Assembly (NCBI RefSeq): GCF_002113885.1
Contig: NW_018408742.1
Location: forward strand, 1,417,215-1,481,214
Reading direction: 5' to 3'
DNA length: 64,000 bases
Source: Mizuhopecten yessoensis
Lineage: Eukaryota
The notes beneath the pieces were generated by a model. That model did no database searches. It saw nothing but the letters and a program-made list of their open reading frames with translations, and was not told where the DNA came from. A program made the position numbers and the translations under genes. Numbering within the stretch: the first letter of the stretch is position 1; each line of letters opens with the position of its first letter. Below are positions 40,791 to 55,633 of this stretch, one piece after another.

Positions 40791-42369
40791 ATTGTTAGAT
40801 TTAATCTTATAAAGTTTATCTTCAACAGATTACAACATTATTTTTGTATTATCAAAATTCATAGCCAAAGCCCCTGTTTAGATCTTCGTCATCAGAATAT
40901 ACCACCACACAAACGTTACAGATCTTCGTGAGACCTTATCATCCCGAACCAAAACCAAAGCCCTCCAGTAGAACTCCATCATCGCCAAGTGTTTTAGCCA
41001 TCAACATAATTTCTATTGCTACTTAAAGAGAATTTAATTCATAGACATCTGTATAAATGGTGGTCAAAGTTGACACAGAGGTCATCCTCTAGTGACCTTT
41101 CAGACATCCCCGCGCTTCCTGTCTGTAATACTCAACACTGAGAGAGATACATATAAGTATAATTAGGGGAAATCTCCCTCAGATTTTAGCATTAGATAGT
41201 AGCCCTTCCCCACATGCAATCATGGTCCTTAAAACTAAGCTCACGGATTATAGCTAGGGATTACCAATTCATCATGACTACAGATGCATAAAGCATGGTA
41301 TATGTATAATTATGCCTTCCGCTACAAATTTTTGTATGTAGTTACGAAATTTGTTTACCCAAAAATGCACGCCTAAAAAGAAAAGCAATTTTTGGCATAC
41401 TGCATATTATGATGTTTTCGCGAATCTAATTTTAGCTGTTCGGGAGATTATTCAAACGCTTGGTCGTTGATTTTTATCTCTAATTGCTTCTTCTACATAG
41501 AAGAGGTATGGTTAGCGTAACAACAACACAACGCAAAATGTTTAAAAAAAATATCGTCAAATTATTGAAATTCAGAACTGAAGTTGTACGTTGAAGGATT
41601 CAAAATATTAATCTCATGACAACAAACACATTTTATTTTAAAGATTTCATGAAATCAAATTTTGAGAATTTGCATTTATGATTCGTTAACTAATCATACT
41701 TTAAACAACTTGGCCCTGATGTGCCCTCTAAACCTTCATCACATGCCCCTACCTTGGCAAACCAGTGGGCCGCCAAAATATAAGATACATCTTCAACTGA
41801 AGTACAGCCTTAAATGTAATAGATATCTTTAATAAAACAGATTTATCGTTAATTCATTTATTGAAACATTTAAATATGTAATCACTATATGATATTTATA
41901 TAATAAAGAATTAATAGAGATATCAATTAGTTTAAAGGATATTTGGACGTATAAGAGATTTATTTCAGGTATTAAATACAAGTTGGCTTGGTATACCTAT
42001 CAACTACCGACCACCGTTTTCTTTACTCCAAAAATCCATGATCTTTATAATTTATTTAAGGAATATATTTGTCATTTACAACATCGTTTATTATCTCCCT
42101 TACAGACATAATTAGTCTGAAAGTAGTGGTACAGACCAATTAACTTATACTTACCGTAAATGACCACTTAAAGTTATCCGTCATCACTCACATCAGCGGT
42201 CAGTATGTTATATTGAGCAGAGCCAGATGCCTGGTACACGTGGTCCAATCACGTCTTAATCGTTTGATTGATATTTCCCGTTCCTCACCCGGAATTACTA
42301 AGGGAAGACATTGATAAGGTTTTTGAAATTGTAGAAAAAAACACCACATTGGGTTTAACGTCCTCACAA

Positions 42370-42535
42370 CAGCTAGGGTCATATGAGGATGGGTGCTTAG
42401 GGGACATCACCAGCTAGGGTCATATGAGGATGTGTGCTTAGGGGACATCACCAGCTAGGGTCATATGCGGATGGGTGCTTAGGGGACATCACCATTTAGG
42501 GTCATATGAGGATGGGTGCTTAGGGGACATCACCA
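42370..42535. repeat. 41-bp tandem repeat x 4
   Basis: cagctagggtcatatgaggatgggtgcttaggggacatcac. Confidence 0.95.
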
Positions 42536-45500
42536 GAAAGGCAACGTTAATAGGAACGAAAGTAGACAAGAAAGATAAGAAAAGAATATGCTTGAATTAA
42601 ATTGGCTGTATAATTTCCTAATTTTGATGAGAAACAAAATAGCCGATAGCAAATATGACATTCCCTTCCAAAGCACTTGACCTCGGATCCGTAATTTGTG
42701 AGGGTTCATCGACTTTTGTTTGGATTCGTGTGTTTTCAGTCACTGATGTCTTTTTTTTTTTTTGCACGTCTTTGAATTAAGATTTTGGCTTTTGTGTCGA
42801 CGTTGATATAGATATATTTCTGTTTTATATTCGTGGAATATTGGAATGACTGTTTAAGTCCATTTGGTTTGTTTTGCAACATCGTCAACGTTAATTCATA
42901 ATTTCGCTGTAAAGTGGAGTCATATGCGGAATGGGAAAAAAATATTCACCCGAGCTCAACACTCTAAGGACAAAGATGAAAGGTGATCAGAAACTAGGAA
43001 AACACCAAAACAAAAGGTATAGCATCAAGAATCCCAATGAAAAAACCCGGAGCCGTAATCGGTTATACTGAGATCAACATAATCTCTGCCGGTATATCGA
43101 TATCATTGTGCAGATTGATTCATTCCATGTGGTACAGCAAACACCGTTCTCCGTAGCCCCTACTCACATTGAACGAACTCGACTTACAGATATTCAGATG
43201 GATTTAATGCAGACATTCAGATGCATCTTTACAATCTCTGTGGTCATGCAAGATATGGCGCAGGATCGGTGAGATTTACGGAGTCGGATTAAGACCGGCC
43301 ATGGGTAATGCCATAACTGATTCACGAAGTTGGTTCAGAAACGTCACGCACAACGTCACAGACGGGTGTGCCAAGAGGAACAGAAACAAATCGAACGGAG
43401 ACAATTGTGCGGATGTTTGGGTGCGAAAACCTATCCTACCAACGTATGAGTACACTTGGCCCCTCCTCTGATAAAAAAAGTATTAATAATGTAAGTGTGA
43501 GCGTACTCTCAGATCTCGTTGAGTAAGGTATCTACTCGGCTTATCACAAACATTAAAAATTCAACGGGAAAGGATGGGTGCCAATTTGGGCCTTCTGATT
43601 GCTATCACCGATAAGTTTTTTTGTACATGATATGACATGACCGTAATGTCAGCTTTGAGACCATTCCGAGACATGAGTGGGCAAATTCGGGGATCAAAAT
43701 TACAGATGGCACATTTATTTTTACAAAACTAGGTTTTTTGTGGTGTTTTTTTTAACTTTCTACATACATTTTGAGGTATTGTGTAACACTTATGCTTCAA
43801 ATAATACAAATGACCGAATACTTTCATGTCATATATCACGACGGCATAACCCCACCAGAAGATCCAAATTGACACCCATCCTTTATATCAGAAACTGTTA
43901 ATAATTAACCGGAGGTCGCATTAAGCTTTGGTATGTAGTAAAACGAAAACTCCCAAATTACTTATTGTTTTCGTATCGCCTTTGTGTTTTGTCAATTATT
44001 GAGCATATTATATAGACCAATGTCCGCTGTCGCCAACAGCTGATGGGTTTTTACCTGTAACGCAGGAAACGATTATCCTTCTGGAACTCATGGTTTTGCT
44101 TCCGATATTTGGGTATTGGTTTATAATGTATTTCCGTTTGTCACCTCGGTTCCCATGCTATGATACAATTCTATTTTATTCCAGCTATCTTTGTCGCCGT
44201 GTTATGATGTAAATACTATTCCATTTATTTTTCCGTAAGTTTCAAGTTATTGCTCTTTAAATGAGATTCATGCATAGCAATTGATGTTGATGTACGAACG
44301 TATGATATTTCAAGGCTGACCTCGGAATCTCTCAACGCTTTACGGATGAGAGAGATGATCGCGATAGTCCCAAGTGTTTCGTCTATAGACCCTGGAGGGT
44401 GGTGGGATTGCTGGTGATCATTACTGAGTCACGTACATTTGCGCGTCAGAGACATAATTTACGTACACAGTACTCCTAGCGTCAACATGAATCTCCTTTG
44501 AGATTTCCTGATCTCCCCCGCTGTCCTCCCGCGGACATCAAATGCTTTACTGTAAAAACTAAACGAGTTCCCCCGTTCTCATAATTAGCAGTGTCAGTGA
44601 CGGAGTGCCCGCTACAACAGTTAGGTTGACCGCTAAATGACTAGCTGCGACGTATATGTATGAATGGAATAATTTAATTTATGAATGAACTAGCATGAAG
44701 GAAAACTCATTCTGTTAGAACAGAGTATTCAATGGTAGCGGGGATCTGTTGTGAAGAACGCCAATGGACAAGACAAACATGTTGACAGGATCAAATAACG
44801 GTGAGTAAATCTATTCCTAAATTGATAGATTTGAAACTTGTAACAGGTGCCTTTCTGATGATTGCTTTATTTCATATTCCATGTCAGATAATGTCACTAT
44901 TATTTAAAGCAATAAATCACGAATGAATACACTGTCTTGTCGGTGTGGCAGGGGTTAGAAACACAATTCGACCCTATCGGCCTGATTTATTGATACATAT
45001 GTATAGACATAAACAAATATTACCACTTATCTATTATGAATTCTTTCTGTGCTCGTCGTTAACAATATAGTTCTGTAATGATATTTAACAAACACGAGAA
45101 AATAAGGGTACTTAGTATATATCTCAATCCTAACTCTTTATTTTCTAAATAGTTCATAATTTAACTGTGGAAATAAGAGAAAACACAGTCACTGTACGTT
45201 TTTACCCTCCAAAACGAAAAGAAAAAAAATGAATGGGCCGTTCGATAGACGATTGCCTCTCCTTCACAATTTGCTTTAAATATTCTAAACATAACAAATT
45301 GACAAGATATGATAAACCAATTTTCCTCCGCATTAACGATACTTTACCATAACACTATAATGTTCTAGATGAATGTTAAGATGACCTCTGTGAGCTTTGC
45401 AAGTAATCCGCGATGCTATCCTGGCAGTTATAATGACCAGATAATCTCTGGCCTAGATAGCTTGTCAGGCTCCATTCCACTTATCACGTGGCTGCTGGGC

Positions 45501-46026
45501 TATTCCACACGAGTTACCGCGGAATGAATATTGCGTGAATAGTTCCACAATTTATGGATATCATGATGTATATTACGTGTTCATGTCAATTGTGGACATA
45601 TCGATTATTACAAATTCACTACTCTCCTGTAATTTTTATCGGGTGGTGATGGTTTGAGTGGGGGTTAGAAAAATAGTTTTCAAAATAGAAAACAGTTCAA
45701 AAACGTAGCAAAGAAAATGTCCTCTTCAATAATAATGCAAATAAATCCTAACCACATGGACTCTTGCTTATTCATTAAACAGTCTCTTGAACTGAGGAGA
45801 GTGGGCTTGCTGACAGTATAAGGTATGGACTTTGCAGCTAAAAATGTTTAAATCAAATTTTCTATTTGAAGCTATGTTAATTTTGTTCATGTTAATGTAC
45901 ATTAGAAATATAAGTAATCACTTTGCGACTTTTCTACATGTACATGTCTATGTATATATCTCACTGTGTTTTTCTATTTTGCCTTCAAACTACTTTGTAG
46001 TAACAAATGTGCAAATAAATTTTTTG

Positions 46027-49000
46027 AATTGAATTGTGATTTAGCTTGTAAAGAAACTGGTGGAGGGCATATTTTACCGTTTGGAACACACGATGCCACC
46101 TCCAGTGGTTAATGAAGTTTTATGGGGTCAATTTTTATTTGATCTCCTTATTTTCTTTGTGCTATGTTCTGTCTCCGTGGCTTATGTAACATTAGGTCTT
46201 GTCTCCGTGGCTTCTGTAACATTAGGTATTGTCTCCTAGGCTCCGGTAACATTAGGTATTGTCTCCTAGGCGTATATCTCCTTGTTTTCTGTCTCCTAGG
46301 CTTCTGTGACATTAGGTCTTGTCTCCGTGGCCTCTGTAACATTAGGTATTCTCTCCTAGGCGTATACCTTCTTGGTTTCTGTGTCCGTGGCTTTCGCAAT
46401 ATTAGGAATTGTCTCCTAGGCGTAGATCTCCTTGGTTTCTGTCGCCGTGGCCTCTGTAACATTAGGTCCAGTCTCCTAGGCTTCTGTCACCTTAGGTCTT
46501 GTCTTCTAGGCATCTGTTACATTAGGTATTCTCTAATTGAATTGTGATTTAGCTTGTAAAGAAACTGGTGGAGGGCAGATTTTACCGTTTGGAACACACG
46601 ATGCCACCTCCAGTGGTTAATGAAGTTTTATGGGGTCAATTTTTATTTGATCTCCTTATTTTCTTTGTGCTATGTTCTGTCTCCGTGGCTTCCGTAACAT
46701 TAGGTCTTGTCTTCTAGGCATCTGTTACATTAGGTATTGTCTCTTAGGCGTATATTTCCTTGCGTTCTGTCTCCCAGGCTTCTGTAACCTTAGGTATTGT
46801 CTCATAGGCTTCTGTCACATTAGGTCTTGTCTCCGTGTCTTCTGTAACATTAGGTCATGTCTCCTAGGCTCCGGGAACATTATGTATTGTCCCCCAGGCG
46901 TATATCTCCTTGGATTCTGTCTCCGTGGCTTTTGTAACATTAGGTATTGCCTCTTAGGCGTATATTTTCTTGGGTTCTGTCTCCGTGGCTTCCGTAACAT
47001 TAGGTATTGTCACCTAGGCGTATATCTCCTTGTTTTCTGTCTCCTAGGCTACGGTAACAGTAGGTATTGTCTCCTAGACGTACACCTTGGTTTCTGTCTC
47101 CATGGCTTCTGTAACATTACGTCTTGTCCCCTAGGCCTCTGTAACATTAGGTATTCTCTCCTAGGCGTACCCCTCCTTGGTTTCTGTCACCGTGGCTTCT
47201 GTAACATAAGGTCTTGTCTCCCAGGCTTCTGTAACCTTAGGTATTGTCTCATAGGCTTCTGTCACATTAGGTCTTGTCTCCCAGGCTTCTGTAACCTTAG
47301 GTATTGTCTCATAGGCGTATATCTCCTTGTTTTCTGTCTCCTAGGCTTCTGTGACATTAGGTCTTGTCTCCGTGGCCTCTGTAACATTATGTCTTGTCTC
47401 CGTGGCTTCGGTAACATTAGGTATTGCCTCTTAGGCGTATATTTTCTTGGTTTCTGTCTCCGGGGCTTCTGTAACATTAGATATTGTCTCTTAGGCGTAC
47501 ACCTCCTTGGCTTCTGTCTCCGTGGCTTATGTAACATTATGTCTTGTCTCCGTGGCTTCCGTAACATTAGGTATTGTCTCATAGGCGTATATTTCCTTGC
47601 GTTCTGTCTCCCAGGCTTCTGTAACCTTAGGTTCTGTCTCCTAGGCTTCTGTGACATTAGGTCTTGTCTCCAAAGCTTCTGTAACATTAGGGATTGTCTC
47701 CTAGGCGGATATCTCCTTTGTTTCTGTCTCCTAGGCTTCTGTCACCTTAGGTCTTGTCTTCTAGGCATCTGTTACATTAGGTATTCTCTCCTAGGCTTAC
47801 ACCTCCTTGGTTTGGGATTTAGCTTGTAAAGAAACTGGTGGAGGGCATATTTTACCGTTTGGAACACACGATGCCACCTCCAGTGGTTAATGAAGTTTTA
47901 TGGGGTCAATTTTTATTTGATCTCCTTATTTTCTTTGTGCTATGTTCTGTCTCCGTGGCTTCTATAACATTAGGCCTTGTCTCCCAGGCTCCGGTAACAT
48001 TAGGTATTGCCTCTTAGGCGTATATTTTCTTGGGTTCTGTCTCCGTGGCTTCTTTTACATTAGGGATTGTCTCATAGGCGGATATTTCCTTGGTTTCTGT
48101 CTCTGTGGCTTCTTTAACATTAGGTATTGTCTCTTAGGCGTACACCTCCTTGGCTTCTGTCTCCGTGGCTTTTGTAACATTAGGTTCTGGCTCCTAGGCG
48201 TATATCTCATTGGTTTCTGTCTCCGTAGCTTCTGTAACATTAGGTCATGTCTCCTAGGCTCCGGTAACATTAGGAATTGTCTCCTAGGGGTATATCGCCT
48301 TGGTTTCTGTCTCCATGGCTTCTGTAACATTACGTCTTGTCCCCTAGGCCTCTGTAACATTAGGTCTTTTCTCCTAGGCTTCTGTAACATTGGTTCTTGT
48401 CTCCTAGGCTTCTGTAACCTTAGGTATTGTCTCATAGGCTTCTGTAACATTGGTTCTTGTCTCCTAGGCTTCTGTAACATTGGTTCTTGTCTCCTAGGCT
48501 TACACCTCCTTGGTTTCTGCCTCCGTGGCTTCTGTAAGATTAGGTCTTGTCTCCTTGGCTTCTGTAACCTTAGGTATTGTCTCATAGGCGTATATTTTCT
48601 TGGGTTCTGTCTCCGTGGCTTCTGCAACATTAGGTTCTGTCTCCTAGGCTTCTGTAAGATTAGGTCTTGTCTCCTGGGCGGACACGTCCTTGGTTTCTGT
48701 CTCCGTAGCTTCTGTAACATTAGGTAGTGTCTCCTAGGCGTACAACTCCTTGGTTTCTGTCTCTGTGGCTTTTGTAACATTAGGTATTGCTTTCTAGGCG
48801 TATATTTCCTTGCGTTCTGTCTCCCAGGCTTCTGTAACCTTAGGTTCTGTCTCCTAGGCTTCTGTAAGATTAGGTCTTGTCTCCTAGTCTTACACCTCCT
48901 TGGTTTCTGCCTCTGTGGCTTCTGTAAGATTAGGTCTTGTCTCCTTGGCTTCTGTGACATTAGGTCTTGTCTCCGTGGCCTCTGTAACATTAGGTCTCGT

Positions 49001-49330
49001 CTCCTAGGCTCCGGTAACATTAGGAATTGTCTCCTAGGGGTATATCTCCTTGGTTTTTGTCTCCGTGGCCTCTGTAACATTAGGTATTCTCTCCTAGGCG
49101 TACCCCTCCTTGGTTTCTGTCACCGTGGCTTCTGTAACAATAGGTCTTGTCTCCTTGGCTTCTGTAACATTAGGTATTGTCTCCTAGGCGTATATCTCAT
49201 TGGTTTCTGTCTCCGTGGCTTCTGTAACATTAGGTTCTGTCTCCTAGGCGTATATCTCCTTGGTTTCTGTCTCTGTGGCTTCTGTAACATTAGGTCTTGT
49301 CTCCTAGGCGTATGTCTCCATGGTTCCTGT
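46027..49330. repeat. Composite array: ~135-bp header x 3 (46027, 46535, 47816), each followed by 30-bp minisatellite blocks
   Basis: Header tgatttagcttgtaaagaaactggtggagggca...ttctttgtgctatg; units tgtctcctaggcttctgtaacattaggtct and tgtctcctaggcgtatatctccttggtttc. Confidence 0.96.
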
Positions 49331-49664
49331 TTTCTTGGTGTGTGTCTCCCTGATTCCTTCTCATGCCGAATTGGCCCTATCGCGTTGACCATAAATGATT
49401 TATCTGTTTTACTAAATTAGCCTGCACTAATATTTTTCAGTAACTGACGTACATGTTGTTGTTTTTTTTACTTAGGAGGATCACTTTGTCCTTTTTTGGA
49501 GTATTTTACCTGTACTATTTTAAAAATGACCACGAGGTAATTTCAACAATGTGAATTATCGTGTCATAAATATTAACTACTTAGAATATCGTTAATACTT
49601 GCAAACAAATATTCGTTTGTTTTAGAACAATCTTCTCAACATTGAAAGGTACAGACATAATGCT

Positions 49665-49915
49665 CATCGATTAATATATCATCGGCAAATAAAACGTAAC
49701 GCAGATTTGAGTCACGTATACTGTGAAAAGATATATTTTGATATGTCCAAGTGACTTGCTCTTCTTTCAACTTCCTCGTCGTTCATGACACAAATTAATA
49801 TATCATCGACTATTAAATGTAACGTAGATTTGAGTCACATATACGCTCGCTGATTAACAGTGCAAAGATATATTTTGATATTTCCAAGTGACTTGCTCCT
49901 CTTTCAACTTCCCAT
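49665..49915. repeat. Imperfect ~130-bp direct duplication
   Basis: ttaatatatcatcg...gatttgagtcac...aagatatattttgatat.tccaagtgacttgctc.tctttcaacttcc occurs twice. Confidence 0.8.
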
Positions 49916-50649
49916 GGTCGAAATCTTCCATTCGTTCACAAAATAAATATTTTGTGGTGTTCCTCCTTTATTACAATATTTTTTTGTATAAAGAACGAAA
50001 ATCATTTTGTATTAAATATTTATGAAAATGAACAATGCAAAATAGTAAAAATACTAAAAACAAAAACAAAACAGAAAACAGATGTGTAAGAAATACCGTA
50101 ACATGGAAACCCTATATGTTCTATGTATCTAGATGTTGAGGGAGCCATGCATTGGTTGTCATCGGACTGTTATCTCACTGAAGCGTGAACGGTGCCATAT
50201 TTGAAACAAATATCAATCCGCCAAGCCCTATTTTTTTTACTGCGTATACGCTTCTTTATACAAAGTCAGAGTTAACTAAGCTAAAGAAGGCATATATGTA
50301 ATTATTAAGCTATGTTAAATCAAAGTGATATCGCGTCCTAAAAACAATAACCGTGTTGGTGACAATGAAACAATGAGCATTATCAAAAACATCGACCCTG
50401 ATATCACGTAAAAATAGTTTATCTCTCGACTAAATCATGATGGCGACCATAAAACTCGCCCAGTCTTCATCAACCTGCATTTCTCGAAACTTTGTTTTGT
50501 AAGATTTTCTTTTCGCAGTCGGAATTCATCACAAAATGATATTCTGACCACGCTCCTGAATACTGACACAAATGCGACATGCAAACACTGTATACTGTTA
50601 CAATCAAGGAAAGGAAAGTTTACAATTTAAAAATCAAAATGTTCACTTT

Positions 50650-51850
50650 TATCTGAAAGCATAGTGTTAAGTAGTCCCTGTTAGACATGTTGAAAGTAAA
50701 CCTCGAGGAGATTGGCTAATTTTGAACAGCCTGGTGTGTCCCTGATTTCCAAGTTCAGATGGGTTGATACGATCAACGTGGCCATAGAATGGCGTGATAG
50801 TAAAAGCGACATATTCGAAGTGAAACGGAAGGACTTGGCAGGGTTCTTGTTCCAAGTGAAATGTGGATTTCGTAGAACTCAAAAGATCTTTTCGCAAATG
50901 TTGAACATTCTCTTCTCGATTCTTTTTTATCTACCGCGATATTTTCCATTTACTTACTAACATGCTTCATACTTAACTGAAGAATTGACGTCGTTTCCTA
51001 TTATAACAAGAAAGACAAACGGCGATTTAAAAACATTGGTGTAAACTATTCTGGAGCATGTTTTTTTCATCAATAAAAGATGAAATACCTACTGATGATG
51101 AAATCGTAAGAAATATTGTGTTTCTGATTGAAAATATCTTTGTTGATGTCGTTAGCAAGATTTTCAATCTGATGGTAGGCATTAAATATTGCCCACTCTT
51201 CTGACCGATTTGTTTTTGTATTTATATATGAATTGATTTATTGAAAGAGCTTATCAGGACTGGTGACAGAAATACCTTCAAATGTATCGACGATGTCCTG
51301 TCTTTAATTCATTGGCCACGTAGACGTATATACCTTCCCGAAATTGAAATCAAGGACCCTACAGACTGTTCTACTTCAGCCGTTTTCCTCGATTATTACT
51401 TTGAACATGACAAACAGGGATGGCTTACTAGTAAGCTGTACGATAAGCGAGACTATTTCGAGTTCCGATCGTTAAGTTCCCTTTCTTGATAGTAACATCC
51501 TTGCCTCCCTCAACATACGGTGTTTACATGTCGCTGTTATTCATTAATCGGGAACGTAATCTGGAAACTATGATTTACGTGATAGATGCCGACTCCTGAC
51601 GAAAAACTTACAACAACTGGTTGCAAAATGAAGGGTGATGCAGACAATGGATATTTTTTATGGTCGCCATTTTGAGCTTATTTGTAAATATTTTTTGTGT
51701 GATGTGAAAGACGATGTTTGATTATGCTCATAAGTGTGCCTGTTTGTTGTGGTGTCACTGACATAATTCTTACTATGATGATATGAAATTACTATAATTT
51801 GATTGTGGTGTTGTCGTGGATGCAGCTAGCAGACAAAACGCTTACCCTTC
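50650..51850 (+). mobile_element. Decayed Penelope-like retroelement reverse transcriptase (pseudogene)
   Basis: Frameshifted RT motifs FLIENIFV..VGI, LTDLFLY, KCIDDVLSL (YIDD), PEIEIKD, AVFLD, TSKLYDKRDYF, TYGVYMS, FYGRH. Confidence 0.8.
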
Positions 51851-54509
51851 ATTCTTCTTGAAAAGGTATTTTAAAAATCTAAATGTAATTTTTTGCTTTG
51901 TTCATATTTTTCCCTATCAAAATGATTAACAATCACAGAAATCTTTAGATGAAATTTATGTTAATTAAGTATTTCTTGAGAAATAGCGATACATAACTTA
52001 AACTTTTTAAAGTGAATTTACTCTTGCCACTGTCAAAATATTGAATTAACATTGATCAAAATAATTTTATTATTACGAAATCTTCTGGGTTTTTTGTAAG
52101 CACCATACTAATGATGTGCTAAATAAAAAATATTTCATTACGATATCAATGATTCTTTATATGAAATAACAAGGATGATATAATTGGGCCAGGTGTCACT
52201 AATGTTAAAGGTTTGCACCAATTCACGTCTGAATCCAGATTGATGTCATGCAGACTTCTGTTTTGACCTTTTTGTACTATCTTTCAATTCCTGTGTTATG
52301 AACTTGGTATTTTTTTCCAATTCATCGACTTCGTTGCCTGCAAACCGTATTAGAGATGACAGTTATTACCGGAAATGCGTCATCGTCGCTGAGATCGTGA
52401 TGGGGCGAGGTTCATAGTAAGTTTTATTGAAACACTTTAAACACATCAAGGGAAAGTTTTAACGCATTTCTTTTCTGATAAAAAGGAATTAGGATTCTGT
52501 TAAAGTGATTGACCAACTTGAAAATATTTGATTTAGAAAGATATGTCTGTAAGGGCGCACACTACCTGCTAAGTTTGTTCCTCCGCCGCCGCGAAAATAT
52601 AGTCCGTATAAATCGACAAATAATACGATTGTCTTTAAAACATTAATTTCGATTGAACATTTTTATGCTCACTTTTCTGAAATATTAAAAAAAAAATCCC
52701 TAATATCATTAAAGTTCTTCTTTGTTGAAATAATAAATAATGAAATATGTCATAGCAGTATATATATTAATAATGAGTGCTTCATAGCACTCACAGATTT
52801 ACTCAATTTAAACAATGATCCGAGCCCTACAATCCATTCTACTCCTTATCGTTCGTGTCTATTAAATTCAGCCGTCCTAAGTTTTTTTTTACTTAAGTGT
52901 GAAATGTAAATTGTTCAGGCTTTCATTGTTGATGAAAAGTTATGTGTCATATTTTACATAAACAGGATTATTAATTTTCGTTTTTAGGTGTAGTATACGG
53001 ATCCATACAGTTGTGTATGGATTCTGTCAGTAGCATCAACGAAAAGGCAAAACAGAAATGGGTATATGAAACATTGTCTTGCGCAAACTACTCTAAACCT
53101 CAAAATTTCCTAATAATTGTTGACCTATCCTTTTGTAATGCTGTTGTATCTATATGCAGCCGTCTCATAACTGAAGTAAAGTATCATATGTTCAGGTTTT
53201 CATTGTTGATATAAATGCAATACTTCTGTATCTTTATTATACGTGATACCAGTTGCTTTATTACAAATAATATTTTAATACGGTTGAAATGAATTACTTG
53301 TCTACACAGTTCATTATCCAATTCTAGCGTCGAAACAACGTTTGATTAACTATAATGCAATAACGCAATTAAAATGTATTATCTGTACTTTCAGGACATT
53401 GATTAACAACAGATTGAGTATAAACATGTCAGCTTTAACGGTTATCTGTTCATAACTGTGTAAACTGAAGGACGACTGGGCCAAAAAATAAACTTTTTAT
53501 TTTATTTTTTTATTTTTCATCAGTAGCACAATTTTAAAATCAAAACAATAGCTGTATGACTCAACAAATAAATGATTGTATTTTGATGTAGAAGTTAAAT
53601 TCCTAAATAGGCCCAACATAGTATCTGCCAATCCATTTCATTTTATATTATTTTCTGAGATGTGTGACAGAATGGTATATAGGTTCAATAATCTACATAA
53701 TCCATACTAACTGACATGAAGAAAACATTTAGAAATATGTATGATAGGACGCTTTCAACCGATCTCTTTGTCAAGCTAAAACACGCAATACATGAGGCCG
53801 AATCATCCCAAGGACGAAATTGATTGAACTTTGTATGATGCACTTTCTTTTCAAGACAGCAACCGTATTTATTTTAGAGTAATGCTTGCATATATAATCA
53901 TATTTAAGATGATCACACGTTTCCATTACGTGATCAACAACTGTAGTGGCGTCCTTTTTTGGACAAGCAAATGTTGCAAAGGTATGGCGATTAATTCATA
54001 CAAAAAGATTATTTACTGACAGAAGATAAGACTCCTTTCATATATTGAGTGCTAACAGGGTACATGACATGTAAACAGTTGTAAGATCAGACTGGGCAAG
54101 ATCGCTGGACCAAGTACGGGATAGATTTCGGGGCGATATGTCTGATCTTGGATTAGCACTGTCAAGACCTCTTACATAGTTCTTATATTTTAAAGACTTC
54201 AAAACTCCGTAGAACTCAAGGTCAAAGTAATAAACTGTTTATTTATCAGGATATGTCACATGGTGTAGGTAATGCTATTTTTCAGTGAGTAGTATTCCAA
54301 TTGAAGATTAACATGAATGCATCTGATCATATTGTTATATTTTTATATATCTTATTTTTTGTAATGTTTTATCTGTATCTTATTCGACCAATAGGGGTTG
54401 CGAGTAGTTATATAATAATACGTGATACAGATAGAAATATACGTGGTTGTGCTATTGCACTGTGTATCACTTGATGTTAGGTGGTAAAGATTTGCTGCTT
54501 AGCTGGTTG

Positions 54510-55142
54510 AATATATGATGGTATTAATACACTGCATAACACCTGATTATATGATGGTGTTAATACACTGCATAACAATTGAGTATGTGATGGTGTTAAT
54601 ACACTGCATAACACCTGCGTATATGATGGTGTTAATACACTGCATAACACTTGAGTATATGATGGTGTTAATACACTGCATAAAACTTGAGTATGTGATG
54701 GTGTTAATACACTGCATAACAATTGAGTATATGATGGTGTTAATACACTGCATAACACCCGATTATATAATGGTGTTAATACACTGCATAACACCCTAGT
54801 ATATGATGGTGTTAATACACTGCATAACACTTGAGTATATGATGGTGTTAAAACACTGCATAAAACTTGAGTAGGTGAACGTGTTAATACACTGCATAAC
54901 ACTTGAGTATATGATGGTGTTAATACACTGCAAACCACTTGAGTAAATGATGGTGTTAATACACTGCATAACACTTGAGTATATGATAGTGTTAATACAC
55001 TGCATAACACTTGAGTATATGATGGTGTTAATACACTGCATAACAATTGAGTATATGATGGTGTTAATACACTGCATAACACCTGAGTATATGATGGTGT
55101 TAATACACTGCATAACACTTGAGTATATGATGGTGTTAATAA
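54510..55142. repeat. 36-bp minisatellite x ~17
   Basis: atatgatggtgttaatacactgcataacacttgagt. Confidence 0.97.
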
Positions 55143-55633
55143 ATTGCCAATCAACGTAAACAGATAACTGAATTTTAACACTGCTCAGTATTCTGAGTAT
55201 ATGAGAAAAATGATGAAAAAACAATTGTGCTAAATCGACTGACATGTTATAGTGTTTAATCCCTTTGCCCTAGAGTTGAATGGATTAGATAACCCAGCTT
55301 TAAATGTAAAACAATGAAGATAATTCTTAGATAAAAATTATCATTTAAAAGATAATCAATTTTATCACCGTTTAAAGTATTTTCGTATTTGTATTCATTT
55401 CGTATTTGTATTCATAGTTCGGTTATTCACTTGCTGAAGTTGATTTACAGAAAAAGAAAATTATTGAATTTGGGTATTGCAACCTGTTAATTGATAATTT
55501 TTGAGTTATCGTCAAACGATTATGTACAAACATACGGAATGGTTTATTACGCATTTAAAATAGATAAACTAATAAATTACTTTCCGTGTCAGTCTCTGTG
55601 ACACTGATATGTGTGTTCGTTACATATCTATAG

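Noticed and set aside
54477-55245. ORFs of 234 and 149 aa (VLTPSYTQVLCS)n
   Set aside because: Translation of a 36-bp minisatellite; no splice or domain support.
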